From a virus (lineage: Duplodnaviria; Caudoviricetes): a stretch of 64,000 bases of DNA. The position numbers and the translations under genes are program-made. Every line of letters starts with the position of its first letter. Positions within the stretch are counted from its first letter, which is position 1. This document shows positions 62,851 to 64,000 of the stretch, in pieces. The DNA lies in IMG/VR virus record IMGVR_UViG_3300001517_000002, positions 32,001-96,000 of that record. One strand, 5' to 3'. The notes under the pieces were generated by a model. That model ran no database searches and had not been told where the DNA came from. It saw nothing but the letters and a program-made list of their open reading frames with translations.

Positions 62851-62885
62851 CTTGAAGAACAACTCAAATTCCCTTATATTTACAC

Positions 62886-62914
62886 TTGACAAACTGGAAC
62901 AGATGTTCTATAAT
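62886..62914 (+). promoter_or_regulatory. SigA promoter with LexA/DinR (Cheo) box
   Basis: TTGACA-17-TATAAT with GAAC-agat-GTTC at 62897-62908. Confidence 0.75.
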
Positions 62915-62958
62915 ATATTTATCCACTCACAGCAATGTAATATAAGGGGGAATATAAT

Positions 62959-63291
62959 ATGCACATTTTTGCTTTATTAGGTCATATCCTCGATAAGATA
63001 TGCGAAGATGAAATCATTAATGGAACAGTGGTTATTAGAGATAGGAGTATCATTAACAATTATATTGTTCCTATTGTAAGCGAAGATATACATATTGATA
63101 ACAATAGTATAGTGACACTGAAATTTGGCAAAAATCCATATTGTCACAGAGGGGAGCTACAAAATATTTTAATTGAGAACGAGGGAAAGCCACCAATAAA
63201 AGTGGAAGTTGGCGATACAATTCTTGATATACTAACAGATTTCCGTCTGGACGAAATATATTTTTCCATTTGTGATGAAATAATCTTTTAA
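62959..63291 (+). CDS. Putative SOS-inducible hypothetical protein
   Basis: 110 aa directly downstream of the SOS-box promoter. Confidence 0.55.
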   Translation: MHIFALLGHILDKICEDEIINGTVVIRDRSIINNYIVPIVSEDIHIDNNSIVTLKFGKNPYCHRGELQNILIENEGKPPIKVEVGDTILDILTDFRLDEIYFSICDEIIF

Positions 63292-63297
63292 TAATCC

Positions 63298-63326
63298 TTG
63301 ACATTATGTGGGTTTTTTGCTATAAT
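63298..63326 (+). promoter_or_regulatory. Consensus SigA promoter
   Basis: TTGACA-17-TATAAT with extended -10 TG. Confidence 0.75.
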
Positions 63327-63354
63327 TTAAATAATTATAGAGAGGAGTGAAATC

Positions 63355-64000
63355 ATGTTATACATGATAGAGGAATACATAAAAGAATATCCCAAAAGAC
63401 CGCTACAAGCTCTTGAGAAATTTAGAAATTCTCCTTTAAATCTACATGAAATGTCATTGAGTGAATTAAACGAAGCAGTTTCAAAATGGAAACCATTGTC
63501 AGCAAGAACAGCATATAATCAAAGAAAAGATATTTTAAATTATTTTAAATGGTTATTGTCCAAAGGGATTAAAGTCGATTTATCTATTGTTGATAAGATT
63601 GAAATACCAATTTCCGAGGTAAAGTATTTAATTTTTTCTACACAAGATATTATACATTACTATAATTTGCTTTTTTCTGTTTTAACAAATCAGGCTATAA
63701 AGAGTGGTAGTCAGTTTAGTGCTAACAGTTATTTGATGAGCTATGCTGCTGGCATACTTGGATTTCACGGATTGACCGATGAACAAATAATAGAACTTGA
63801 TTTAACTGACATTACAACAGAAGGTGTTAAAGGATATAATCTTCCTTTGACCAAAGAAGATATTAACATTTTAATGTCATATAAAGATGTTACCACTTTA
63901 GCAAACCATATGCCGCTAATAGGTAGTAAATATATTCGTTCTTCTCGTGGAATTGACAACATTGATGGAGCATTTTTATCTCGTCCACTTTGGCGATTAA
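63355..64000 (+). CDS. MrpR-like repressor with degenerate tyrosine-recombinase fold, truncated by window edge
   Basis: Manual translation open to the window end; core-binding-like helices (S..TAYNQR..I.NYFKW); LGFHGLT where active integrases have TGLR. Confidence 0.55.
   Translation, partial: MLYMIEEYIKEYPKRPLQALEKFRNSPLNLHEMSLSELNEAVSKWKPLSARTAYNQRKDILNYFKWLLSKGIKVDLSIVDKIEIPISEVKYLIFSTQDIIHYYNLLFSVLTNQAIKSGSQFSANSYLMSYAAGILGFHGLTDEQIIELDLTDITTEGVKGYNLPLTKEDINILMSYKDVTTLANHMPLIGSKYIRSSRGIDNIDGAFLSRPLWRL

Noticed and set aside
1-64000. Stop-codon reassignment
   Set aside because: Long genes are intact under code 11 and neither tRNA is a suppressor

Overview
The whole window is part of one large, AT-rich, SPbeta-like temperate phage of a Firmicute. 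A Ruminococcus-type dockerin gene suggests a cellulosome-producing Ruminococcus as host (inference). The minus strand (1-42.5 kb, read right to left) carries a replication-initiator-like gene, a YonO-type single-subunit RNA polymerase, and a ClpP/beta-CASP/YonK/phosphoesterase module. It continues with a tRNA-Asn/tRNA-Glu cluster enclosing a ~350-nt structured non-coding segment, then terminase, portal, scaffold, capsid, tail, tape measure, tail fibres and lysis genes. About 42.6-45 kb is a mostly non-coding control region with several repeat families, possibly the origin and/or packaging end. The plus strand (45-64 kb) carries roughly 45 small early genes, a twister ribozyme, a DUF262 gene, a secreted dockerin protein, a tyrosine recombinase, an SOS-box promoter and an MrpR-like repressor. 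The most unusual signal is a strand-specific GGAA(A) motif written into the early genes, about 9-fold denser than in late genes by hand count and decaying with distance. Other highlights are the ornate ncRNA candidate with CCA-ended minihelices, the phage dockerin, the twister ribozyme and a 10-copy GTACAAAATG operator. All family calls come from motif recognition by eye; no database searches were run.
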